DNA of 64,000 nt from Candidatus Goldiibacteriota bacterium (GTDB lineage Bacteria; Oederibacteriota; PGYV01; DSYL01): assembly GCA_018000835.1 (NCBI GenBank), contig JAGNJD010000001.1, forward strand, positions 137,889-201,888. Direction: 5' to 3'. The notes under the pieces were generated by a model. The model was not told the origin of the DNA. It worked only from the letters and a program-made list of their open reading frames with translations, and did not search any database. The translations under genes were made by a program, and so were the position numbers. Shown in pieces: positions 9,010-17,299 of the stretch; position 1 is the stretch's first letter; each line of letters begins with the position of its first letter.

Positions 9010-9741
9010 TCAGCGTCCTCTTTGATTTGCAATGATACTTTTTAATTGGTCAATCGTGAGCATAGGGTCTTTTTTATGAATAATACTATGGCAATTTGAA
9101 CATACTGGGACTACTTTTTTAAGTGCTTCATCTACCGATTGCTTCCTTCCAGTGCCATCAACAAGATGGATTGGTTCCGTGTGATGAATGACAATGAAAT
9201 CCTTACCCACGCCATCATATAAATCTTCAAAATTAAAACCACAAGCACAACATGCTATTGGGTTACCGCTTTGTTTTAATTGTCTAATTTTAAGTATGCG
9301 TAATTTCGTTGAACGTGCCCTTTGTTTTCTTGTTGTTTCCGTTACGTTGCCTTCTTCAATAACCAAATTTTTGTAATCGTTATCCATCTCGTCTTCTCTT
9401 TGTTTCGGAGAAAATCCTTGTGAGATTAAAGACATATATGTTCCATTGTTGTTTTGTAAAAACAATTGACCTTTTTTCGTTAACTTATATTTTTTAGTCC
9501 TATAACTATATGTTACAAGTCCGTTAGTAAAAATTCTTCTCCTCCGAAATTTCGTAAAGTTTCCAATACGCTGGTGAAGCATTATCTCGCCTTTGCGTTT
9601 TTTACTTCTTTGAGCAGAAGTGCCAGTAGGATTAAGACGTTGTAGAAGTGTAGTTTTAATAGAACTCATTGGTAGTCCAGAAGGATTTTCAGATAAAACC
9701 TTCATAAAAGGAATTTCCAAATCTTTTTCAAAATAATCCAT
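9010..9741 (-). CDS. HNH-family endonuclease, candidate restriction partner of the Dam-like methyltransferase.
   Basis: C-terminal C-x2-C...HH...C-x2-C-H arrangement (IACCACGF...VIHHTEPIHL...VPVCSNCHSIIHKK). It is convergent with the methyltransferase and only 3 bp away, tail-to-tail. Confidence 0.65.
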   Translation of the reverse strand: MDYFEKDLEIPFMKVLSENPSGLPMSSIKTTLLQRLNPTGTSAQRSKKRKGEIMLHQRIGNFTKFRRRRIFTNGLVTYSYRTKKYKLTKKGQLFLQNNNGTYMSLISQGFSPKQREDEMDNDYKNLVIEEGNVTETTRKQRARSTKLRILKIRQLKQSGNPIACCACGFNFEDLYDGVGKDFIVIHHTEPIHLVDGTGRKQSVDEALKKVVPVCSNCHSIIHKKDPMLTIDQLKSIIANQRGR

Positions 9742-9998
9742 TTTTGCCCTCCTATTAACCCAAGAATTATATTATCATTAAAACACACTTAATAATATAT
9801 ATAATACGGTGGCCCCGTTTGTCAAGACCGATTTTTCCAGAATTTAAGGTGGATACCAAGCTAACGGAAGCAACCTCCTTTCTCATCGGATTTTTGTAAC
9901 TTGACCGCCTGAAATTTCTCTCTAGGATGTCTTCTGTTGCGACTTCTTGAATCAGGTAAGGGGCCAGCACCCCGGACTTTTTCTCTAACTGCGGCATC

Positions 9999-10846
9999 TC
10001 AGGCAGCATTCTTTGCCTGCCTCTTGGCTTTGACTGCTGCGCCAAAATAAACTTCTGCCGGAGTACGATAATCAAGAGCCTGATGCAAGCGGATATTGTT
10101 ATGAATTTTGAAATACTTTTTAAGCCCGGACTCGTATTCAAACATTGTTTCGTACCCCTTTGGATAAACGTCATCATACTTTACACTCCGCCACAGCCTC
10201 TCTACAATGATGTTGTCGTGAGATCTGCCCTTACCATCCATGCTAATCTTTATCTTCTTGCCTTCAAGTATGTCAGTAAACGTTTTGTCCGTGAACTGAG
10301 AGCCCTGATCCGTGTTGAAATATTCCGGCTTGCCGTGTTTGTCAAGCGATTCCAGCAAAGCTGCCTTGCAGAAACTGCTGTCGAGGCTGTAAGACAAAAC
10401 ATACCTGCTGTGCCAGTCCACTATCGCCACAAGATACGCATATCCACGCCTAAGGCGTATGTACGTAATATCTGCTGCCCAAACCACGTTAGAACGCTTT
10501 ATTTTCAACCCTTTTAGCAGATACGGGTACTTCTTGTGCACCTTATTCGGAATACTTAGCCTTTTTTTCGGGCATATTGCCTCTATTCCCATGATTTTCA
10601 TCATACTGCAGGTTTTTTGCGTCCTATTTTTATCCCGTGCAGTTTATACAACGCCTTGGATATCTTTCTGGCTCCGTAGAACGGGCATTCTGTGTATATT
10701 TCGTCTATCCTGTCAAGGATCACTTTATCTAACTCTTTCATCGGCCGTTTTTCATAGTACAGCACCGATTTACATACTCCCAGCAGTTTGCATTGCCTGC
10801 TTATGCTGAAATTCTTGTCGTATGGGTCAACAAACATCCTCCTCAC
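9999..10846 (-). pseudogene. IS3-family transposase OrfB (integrase/rve core), split by a 1-nt frameshift in an A6/T6 run.
   Basis: Two ORFs are in different frames: 10601-10846 (MRRMFVDPYDKNFSISRQCKLLGV...HGIKIGRKKPAV*) and 9999-10604 (MMKIMGIEAICPKKR...DDE core). Inserting one A in the homopolymer (plus strand 10613-10618) restores ...GRKKTCSMMKIMGIEAI... Confidence 0.6.
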
Positions 10847-11130
10847 AACAGGTTCAACTTTTTTAAATTTTTTTTTAACCAGTTTATCTCCAGATCCTTC
10901 TCGCCGATCAGCCTCAGATACTCATCTTCTCGCGATTCCCGTTCTTTTTCTTCCTTGTTGTTCGGTTTCGCAAACAAACTCGCTGCGTTCAGAAGTAAAT
11001 GTTTCTTCCATTCCGTCACTTTATTCGGATGAACTCCGTATTTCGCCGCAACCTCGCTGATTCTTACGCCTTCCCGTGATGCTTCAAGTGCTACCTTTGC
11101 CTTAAAACTCTCCTCATAACGTTTTCACAT
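10843..11130 (-). pseudogene. IS3-family transposase OrfA; the initiator ATG is followed directly by an in-frame TGA.
   Basis: Minus-strand translation after the stop reads KRYEESFKAKVALEASREGVRISEVAAKYGVHPNKVTEWKKHL...LKKNLKKLNLL*, typical of IS3 OrfA. An AGGAGG RBS precedes ATG-TGA at 11130-11125, so codon 2 is a stop. Confidence 0.55.
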
Positions 11131-11191
11131 GATGAACCTCCTGGGTTTCTCTAATTTTACTACAGCAAATCCACCTTAAAAACCGAAAAAA

Positions 11192-11692
11192 TCAGTCCGA
11201 AAAACCTAGGCCATTATACCCATCGACCAGGGCATACTGCTTAAAAATTGAGACCTCAAAAAAACGCTTTGCCTTCTCCACAAACTTCTTAAACACAATA
11301 CTGAACCTCAAACGTATGCCAAGTTCTACGCTATTAACCGCCTTTAATATCTGTTTGTTCTCGCTTTCAGAATCTTCCGCACTTTGTGAATACGCCTTGC
11401 TGTACAACGGCGTCAACTCTTCGCCTTTTACTTCCGCCCCGATGACTTCGCATATCCAGTATCCATTCACAATCTCTTTTCTTGAACCATCATACACCCT
11501 GTCCATATTTTCCATTTTTTTCGCAAAATCTTTCCTTATATCGCTCAAATCTAACGCATGCACCGTATCTTTTTTTATCCTTCGGACTCCTTTTTCAAGC
11601 AACCGCATATTCAGTTTGTCTGTCAGATCTTCTCTTGCTAATTGATGCGTCAGCCGTATTTCCGTCTTTATCAGTTTTATTTTTTCACACAA
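11192..11692 (-). CDS. Hypothetical protein whose 3' end is truncated by the IS3 insertion.
   Basis: The 166-aa ORF terminates at a TGA located inside the IS3 terminal IR (11192-11194). No domain recognised. Confidence 0.3.
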   Translation of the reverse strand: MCEKIKLIKTEIRLTHQLAREDLTDKLNMRLLEKGVRRIKKDTVHALDLSDIRKDFAKKMENMDRVYDGSRKEIVNGYWICEVIGAEVKGEELTPLYSKAYSQSAEDSESENKQILKAVNSVELGIRLRFSIVFKKFVEKAKRFFEVSIFKQYALVDGYNGLGFSD

Positions 11693-11992
11693 ATTCCTGG
11701 ATACTTCTTATATCTTTATATCGCGCGTCGCCTGTATCCCATATATCATCTGCCTAAAAAATTTCTTCCTTGGCATTGTTAATACTTTGCTTATCTCTAT
11801 TATGAATTTTTCAATTCGCTCTTTTATTTCTTCCAAAATTTTGCTATTATTTTCATCGGGATTCCTCCTTTTGGGGAAAACTCTTTTCCCTCTTTTTTTC
11901 GTTAAAAACAGTATACAAAATTGGAATCCCTTTTTTAATCCTTATTTTTGTTTTCTTCTTATTTGATAAGCCTTTTCTGGATTTTGAATTAA

Positions 11993-12011
11993 AAAAACGG
12001 GAAAACTCCAC
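11993..12011. repeat. Solo copy of the 19-bp TIR (AAAAACGGGAAAACTCCAC), the right boundary of the 4.5-kb insertion.
   Basis: Exact match to the TIRs at 7485-7503 and 7574-7592. It is followed by G plus ATATGGGC (12013-12020), identical to the 8 bp at 7477-7484. Confidence 0.6.
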
Positions 12012-12279
12012 GATATGGGCTTACAATCTTTACTTAAAATCATTACCATCTGGTAAACTTACCATTTTATGTATGTCCAATCAATAAATTGCATAAAAGC
12101 ATATAATTTAAAAAGAGATTGTCTAAAATTTATATTTTTTTACCAAACAGTAGCATCTCGTCTTAGAATAGACAAAAATTCCAGTTTAGTATAAAAATAT
12201 TAATTCTTTTATTAAATTTAACAAAAATAATTGAAACCGTGTCCCCGATAATAAAACTCATATTCATTTAATAAAAAAA

Positions 12280-12342
12280 GGCGTAGGGATATAGAGGGGT
12301 TTTTACGAGCAAAGGTAGGCTCAACCCTACGCCAAAGTTATT
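12280..12342 (-). terminator. Possible Rho-independent terminator: 9-bp GC stem GGCGTAGGG/CCCTACGCC with a long loop, followed on the minus strand by T7.
   Basis: Stem halves are at 12280-12288 and 12325-12333; the minus-strand T-run corresponds to plus-strand A-run 12271-12279. The loop is unusually long (36 nt). Confidence 0.3.
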
Positions 12343-12515
12343 AATAGCAAAAAATAATTATTTTGTCAAGAATTTTAAATTTCAACGATGAGGCTTCTGC
12401 TTGATGCACTTCATTTTAAAATCTTTATTCAATAACCTGTCCTTTATAATAATATCAGAGATTTAAATTACATCAAAAATTTATAATTCGCCTATTGCAA
12501 GATAAAAATAAATTT

Positions 12516-12783
12516 TTAATCAGGGAGTGAATAAAACACATCATCTGCACCATTATTTGTAAAATCTTCCAGGTTTGAACCATCTGTGTTTATTAAGTAT
12601 ATCCCCCGGTTGCTGTCACAGTTGTCTGCAGCCGCTATCTTGCCCTTCACCGCCGCCAACAGGCGTATTTGTTATCGCCGGCTTTGCAGGCGTTTCGTCT
12701 TTTTTGCTGCATCCGATAATCATTATTCCCGTAAATACAAAACAAACCGTTAAAATCAATGCTAATCTTTTCATCGTTCCACC
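12516..12783 (-). pseudogene. Small lipoprotein gene with an internal frameshift.
   Basis: The minus strand reads MKRLALILTVCFVFTGIMIIGCSKKDETPAKPAITNTPVGGGEGQDSGCRQL*, with signal peptide and lipobox Cys. Translation continues in another frame as ...DSNRGIYLINTDGSNLEDFTNNGADDVFYSLPD*. Confidence 0.3.
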
Positions 12784-12822
12784 CTTTTATTTTTAATGAT
12801 ACAACAAACAGTTGGACCCCCT

Positions 12823-13008
12823 CGGGCTAAAACCCGAGGCTCCCACAAAAAATTCAATCAATTTGTCCCGTAGAAATTCTCTTTACGGGATTCGTTGATT
12901 GACCAGGGGACGAGGAATACCAGTGATATTCCGCATCGACCTTGGAACCCTCCTGGCAAAGTAGATAAAACATTTTTAATGTATGCATTCATAAAATATC
13001 TGCGTTTA
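12823..13008 (+). repeat. Intergenic repeat family A, copy 1 (~186 bp); candidate small RNA or MITE-like element.
   Basis: About 87% identical to 22251-22439. Contains local hairpins CCTCGGG-CTAAAA-CCCGAGG and CCCGTA...TACGGG, and GGAATA...TATTCC. Confidence 0.5.
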
Positions 13009-13166
13009 AAAACTTAATATGAATCCTGTTTCAATATTTTTTTTAAGTATTTTCTTGCTCTTCTTCTTCCTTTTTGTTTAAAAAATCTTTTTGACTTTGT
13101 ATGCGCCTCATCAGGATGGGCCGGCCTTTTTATGTTATAAAGTTTCTGTGACGATATTTTAATTTT

Positions 13167-13928
13167 TTACTCCTTTTTATTCAAGTCAAAAATTATTTTA
13201 AATCCCTTTAAAGTAAAATTTTTGTCCAGAATCTGGTATGGGTCAATTTCTATTTTTATCAGATCTGCTTCACCGCCGGTTAAAATAATTTTTATATCAC
13301 TGAATTTCATTTCCTTTTTTATCTCTTCAGTAATGTATTTTATTGCACCGGTTAATCCGTTTTTTATGCCGCTTAAAATACTCTTTTCAGTCGTATTGCC
13401 GATAATTTTGTTTATTTTTTTCATATTTACTTCCGGTAATCTGGCAGTATTTTCTGAAAGACAGCGTAAACAAAGATTAATCCCGGGCAATATCAGGCCG
13501 CCGAGATATTCTGCCTTTTGATTTATGACATCAAAAGTTATTGCTGTCCCGAAGTCAATGACAATGACGTTTTGATTTTTATAATAATGAGCCGCTGCTG
13601 CTGCATTTGCAATCCTGTCGTCACCAACTTCTTTTTTATTCTTATATTTATTTTTGATGTTTAACTTCGTGTTTTTATTAATAAATTCCGGCCGGATATT
13701 AAAATGTTTTTTTAACGTTTCATTTAAAATTATAGTTGCCTTAGGCACAACGCTTCCGACAAAAGCATCAGTAACGTTATATTTTCTTAAAATGGATTTT
13801 AATTCGGCAATAAATCTGACTTTATTTTGAATTAGATTAGTTTTTATACGATAGACATGAAATATTTTATCATTGTTAAAAATCCCTGTTGTAATATTTG
13901 TGTTGCCTGCATCAAAAATTGCGATCAT
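13167..13928 (-). CDS. coaX: Type III pantothenate kinase.
   Basis: MIAIFDAGNTNITTGIF... gives the N-terminal DxGNT phosphate-1 motif. Also has DFGTAITFD (phosphate-2) and GGLILPG; length 253 aa is typical. Confidence 0.8.
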   Translation of the reverse strand: MIAIFDAGNTNITTGIFNNDKIFHVYRIKTNLIQNKVRFIAELKSILRKYNVTDAFVGSVVPKATIILNETLKKHFNIRPEFINKNTKLNIKNKYKNKKEVGDDRIANAAAAAHYYKNQNVIVIDFGTAITFDVINQKAEYLGGLILPGINLCLRCLSENTARLPEVNMKKINKIIGNTTEKSILSGIKNGLTGAIKYITEEIKKEMKFSDIKIILTGGEADLIKIEIDPYQILDKNFTLKGFKIIFDLNKKE

Positions 13929-13931
13929 TTT

Positions 13932-14219
13932 TTAACCGTATCTGAAAGTTACACCAAAACCGCCCTGTGGATATTCCCATTCTATCTCATCTGGAGCCGC
14001 AACCCTGCACGTTCCGCATTCAAGGCAATTTTCAAAGGAAACAATTGCTTCACCCTTTTCGTTTAATTCATAAACCTTTGCGGGGCAGATAAATAATTTT
14101 CCTTCTATAAGTTCTTTTGCATTTACCCCCTGCTTTATTTTTAAATGCGTTTTTTCAAACGGCTTGAATTTATCAAGTCCTAATTTGTCTTCCATTGTTT
14201 TATAAATTCTTGTGCTCAT
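13932..14219 (-). CDS. Ferredoxin-like protein (FixX-type).
   Basis: 95 aa with CLECGTCRVAAP, and a Cys further upstream (FICPA); 4-bp overlap with the upstream oxidoreductase. Confidence 0.6.
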   Translation of the reverse strand: MSTRIYKTMEDKLGLDKFKPFEKTHLKIKQGVNAKELIEGKLFICPAKVYELNEKGEAIVSFENCLECGTCRVAAPDEIEWEYPQGGFGVTFRYG

Positions 14220-15523
14220 AATATGACTCTCCTTGCATCAAGCGCAGTTTTAATAAGACTAAAAATTGATTCCTTTTTAAGAAGCCTTTTGATAAGTCTT
14301 TTCTGCTTTTTATCTTTAGGTTCTCCATCAACTGTAAATAAATCAATGACAAATTCCTCCATAATTGCAGGATATTTGTCAAAAAGCCGGGTGTTTTTTT
14401 CAAGTACTTTTGAAAGTTTTCTGAATTTTTTTAAATCTTTTATTACAAAACTTTCGTTTAACCTTTTTTCATATAATGAAGTAATTTTTTCCGAATAATC
14501 GTTTTTTTTCTTTGCTTCAATTGCCGTTTCCCCTGCTATGCGTCCGGATTCCATTGCAAGGTTTGTTCCTTCATGAAAAAGTGAAGCATTAACGAAACCG
14601 GCGGCATCACCAACAACCATGACGTTATCTTTAAACAATTTTGATATACCGTTGTATCCCATATCCGGAATGAGATGGGCAGAGTATTCTTTTTGTTCCC
14701 CGTCTCTTATTAATGGTGCTATTGCCGAATGTTCCTTAAAATATTCGAGCAGGTCATTTGGATTGTATTTATGATCAAGCATTGATTTTATAGTCGCGCC
14801 TACGCCTATTGATATGGAATCCTTATTTGTATAAATAAATCCGGAACCTGTCGCCCCTTTTACGGAATACCCAAAGTATTCATACGCCACTCCTTCATCC
14901 CCCGTCAGATTAAATCTGTCTTTTATTTTTTCTTCAGGTAACGCGATTACCTCTTTAACTCCCGTTATCGTTGCTTCTTTTGGCAATTCTTTGTGCATCC
15001 CAAGTTTTTTTGCAAGGAGAGAATTAACTCCATCGGCTAATATTATGATATCACCATATATGTTACCATCTTCCATTCTCACCTTTACGCCTTTTATTTT
15101 ATTATTTTCAATTATAAAATCGTCGACTACGGCACCGGTTAATATCATTGCTCCTGCTTCTTCTGCTTTTTCGGACATCCATTTATCAAATTTTGCCCTG
15201 ATTACGGTATAACTGTTGTTACGCGGTTCATGGGAAAATCCTGAAAATTTAAAACCACCGGACATTTCCCCATCCGGAGTAAGAAATGACCATCTCCTTT
15301 TTGTTACAATACGTTCATAAGGCATTTCAGAAATTTTATCAGGCATTATCTGTTTTAAAACGTTTGTAAAAAAAATCCCGCCAAATACGTTTTTTGACCC
15401 GCAAAAATCGCCGCGTTCCAGAACGACAACCTGCAACCCGGCTTTTGCAGCAACATAAGCAGAAGAAAGTCCTGCAGGCCCGCCGCCAACTATTATTACG
15501 TCAAATTTTTCATTATCAGCCAT
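14216..15523 (-). CDS. FAD-dependent oxidoreductase (FixC / ETF-quinone oxidoreductase / geranylgeranyl reductase superfamily).
   Basis: N-terminal FDVIIVGGGPAGLSSAYVAAKAGLQVVVLERG is a Rossmann GxGxxG FAD-binding motif. 435 aa, translationally coupled to the ferredoxin gene. Confidence 0.7.
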   Translation of the reverse strand: MADNEKFDVIIVGGGPAGLSSAYVAAKAGLQVVVLERGDFCGSKNVFGGIFFTNVLKQIMPDKISEMPYERIVTKRRWSFLTPDGEMSGGFKFSGFSHEPRNNSYTVIRAKFDKWMSEKAEEAGAMILTGAVVDDFIIENNKIKGVKVRMEDGNIYGDIIILADGVNSLLAKKLGMHKELPKEATITGVKEVIALPEEKIKDRFNLTGDEGVAYEYFGYSVKGATGSGFIYTNKDSISIGVGATIKSMLDHKYNPNDLLEYFKEHSAIAPLIRDGEQKEYSAHLIPDMGYNGISKLFKDNVMVVGDAAGFVNASLFHEGTNLAMESGRIAGETAIEAKKKNDYSEKITSLYEKRLNESFVIKDLKKFRKLSKVLEKNTRLFDKYPAIMEEFVIDLFTVDGEPKDKKQKRLIKRLLKKESIFSLIKTALDARRVIL

Positions 15524-15526
15524 AAT

Positions 15527-16651
15527 TTATTTTTCTACCTTTAATTTTTTCATAACTTTTTTTGACTCGGGATAATTATCCTCTTTTTCAAAACTTTTTA
15601 CATTTTTAAACGCCTCCCTTAATCTGGAATCTACGTTTTTCGGCATTTCAACCTGCAAATGTATCTTTAAATCACCTCTATGTCCTGAATTAACGTCGGG
15701 AAATCCTTTGCCTTTTACTGTTATTATGTCGTTATTTTGCGTTCCTGACTTTATTTCAATTTCATAATTTCCGTATAACGTTGGAATTTCTATTTTATCG
15801 CCTAAAACCGCCTGCGAAACAGTTATTGGTAAAAATAATATACAATCATTATCTTCCCTTTTAAAAAATTCATGAGGTCTGACGTGCATCACGACGTATA
15901 AATCGCCGTTCATTCCACCACCAAGGCCACAATGCCCTAACCCGGTTAATTTTATATATGCTTCGTCATAAATGCCTGCCGGTATTTTTACGTCAATTTT
16001 TCTTTTCTGTGTAACAAATTTTTTTCCATTACAATTTCTGCATAACTCTTCTGCAATTCTGCCCTCACCGTGGCAGTCAGGACACGTAGTAACAACGGAA
16101 AAAAAGCCCTGACTCGTTCTGATTTTTCCATTGCCATTGCATGTTCTACATGTTTTTTTGGTAGTTCCCGGTTTAATTCCTTCCCCTTTGCAGACCTCAC
16201 ATGTTTCCCTGCGTGTAATTTCAATCTGATGCTGTGTTTCTCTTACTGTCTCTTCAAAATCAATTGTCAAATCAACTTTTATGTCTTCACCGTTCATTCT
16301 ACTCCTGGTTTGTCTTTTCCGTCCAAACCCAAAATCAAAAATGTCGTCAAAAATATCTGAAAAACCGGAAAATATATCTTCAAATCCGAACCCCTCAAAA
16401 CCGCCGGGGCCGGAATAACCACGATTTTTCATTCCTTCATATCCAAAAGTATCGTATGTATTTCTTTTTTCTGGGTCGCTTAAAATTTCATACGCTTCTG
16501 CAATTTTTTTAAACTTTTCTTCTGCTTCTTTTTTATTTCCCTGATAAATGTCGGGATGATATTGTTTTGCGAGTTTTCTAAATGCAGATTTTATTTCATC
16601 CTGACCGGCATTCTTTGAGACCCCAAGCGTTTTATATAAATCATCATCCAT
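15527..16651 (-). CDS. dnaJ: Chaperone DnaJ.
   Basis: J-domain with HPD (YHPDIYQG), a G/F-rich region and four CxxCxGxG zinc-finger repeats. Confidence 0.9.
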   Translation of the reverse strand: MDDDLYKTLGVSKNAGQDEIKSAFRKLAKQYHPDIYQGNKKEAEEKFKKIAEAYEILSDPEKRNTYDTFGYEGMKNRGYSGPGGFEGFGFEDIFSGFSDIFDDIFDFGFGRKRQTRSRMNGEDIKVDLTIDFEETVRETQHQIEITRRETCEVCKGEGIKPGTTKKTCRTCNGNGKIRTSQGFFSVVTTCPDCHGEGRIAEELCRNCNGKKFVTQKRKIDVKIPAGIYDEAYIKLTGLGHCGLGGGMNGDLYVVMHVRPHEFFKREDNDCILFLPITVSQAVLGDKIEIPTLYGNYEIEIKSGTQNNDIITVKGKGFPDVNSGHRGDLKIHLQVEMPKNVDSRLREAFKNVKSFEKEDNYPESKKVMKKLKVEK

Positions 16652-16687
16652 ATAAATTACCTCATTTAAAAATAGATTATTTATGTC

Positions 16688-17299
16688 TTAATTTTTTTCA
16701 GTATCCGAATCTTTTTTTTCTTCTTTTTCACAGGCGACTTTTACCATAGCCGGCCTTATTATTCTATTATCCAGTAAATATCCTTTTTGATATACTTCAA
16801 GTATCTCCCCTTCTGATTTGCCTTCAACGTATTCTTTATGCAGTGCATGGTGAAAGTCTGGATTAAAAATTCCTTTCGTTTCTATTTCCTTTACTCCCAT
16901 TTCTTTTAAAGTATCTTTAAATTGCTTAATAATCATTTCAATCCCTGCTTTTAACGAATTTACGTCTGTTGCGGTTTCTAACGATGCAAATGCTCTTTCA
17001 AGATTGTCAAAAATTGGAAGAAAAATACTTATTACTTCATTCTTTGTATTTTTTTCAAATTCCTGTTTTTCCTTTGCAACTCTTTTTCGGTAATTATCTA
17101 ATTCGGCTAATGCACGTAAATATTTGTCGGTTAATTCATAAATCTTTTTATCTTTTTCGGCAATAATTTCATCATATTTTTTCTGTTCTTGTACAATTTT
17201 TTCGTCAATCTTTTCCCCTGCTTCATTTTTTTCTTTACTTTTATCTGTGGTACCATTTTCCTGCTCTTTCTTTTGTTCATTTTTCATTTCTTTTTCCAT
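16688..17299 (-). CDS. grpE: Nucleotide exchange factor GrpE.
   Basis: Coiled-coil N-terminus; DNYRKRVAKEKQE; the C-terminal GrpE beta-domain motifs match. Confidence 0.85.
   Translation of the reverse strand: MEKEMKNEQKKEQENGTTDKSKEKNEAGEKIDEKIVQEQKKYDEIIAEKDKKIYELTDKYLRALAELDNYRKRVAKEKQEFEKNTKNEVISIFLPIFDNLERAFASLETATDVNSLKAGIEMIIKQFKDTLKEMGVKEIETKGIFNPDFHHALHKEYVEGKSEGEILEVYQKGYLLDNRIIRPAMVKVACEKEEKKDSDTEKN

Larger units (their letters stand above)
9826..11198 (-). mobile_element. IS3-family insertion sequence (~1.37 kb) with imperfect ~28-bp terminal IRs ending in TTTAAGGTGGAT.
   Basis: The IR GGACyGATTTTTyC...TTTAAGGTGGAT is found at 9826-9854 and, reverse-complemented, at 11168-11198. 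Contains orfA (HTH/leucine zipper) and orfB (rve DDE core) in the -1 arrangement. An A-AAA-AAG slippery heptamer is present (plus strand CTTTTTT 10858-10864). GC content is visibly higher than the flanking DNA. Confidence 0.8.

Noticed and set aside
9767-10517. ORFs 9767-10177 (-) and 10083-10517 (+) inside the IS3 element.
   Set aside because: They overlap the rve transposase frame or its antisense and cross the IS terminal repeat; they are not independent genes.
12280-12333. Possible tRNA-like or attachment-site hairpin.
   Set aside because: A single long stem-loop without a cloverleaf arrangement (no D/T arms, wrong spacing); better explained as a terminator-like hairpin.
12575-12796. + strand 73-aa ORF.
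   Set aside because: It is the antisense shadow of the frameshifted lipoprotein gene on the minus strand and has no RBS.
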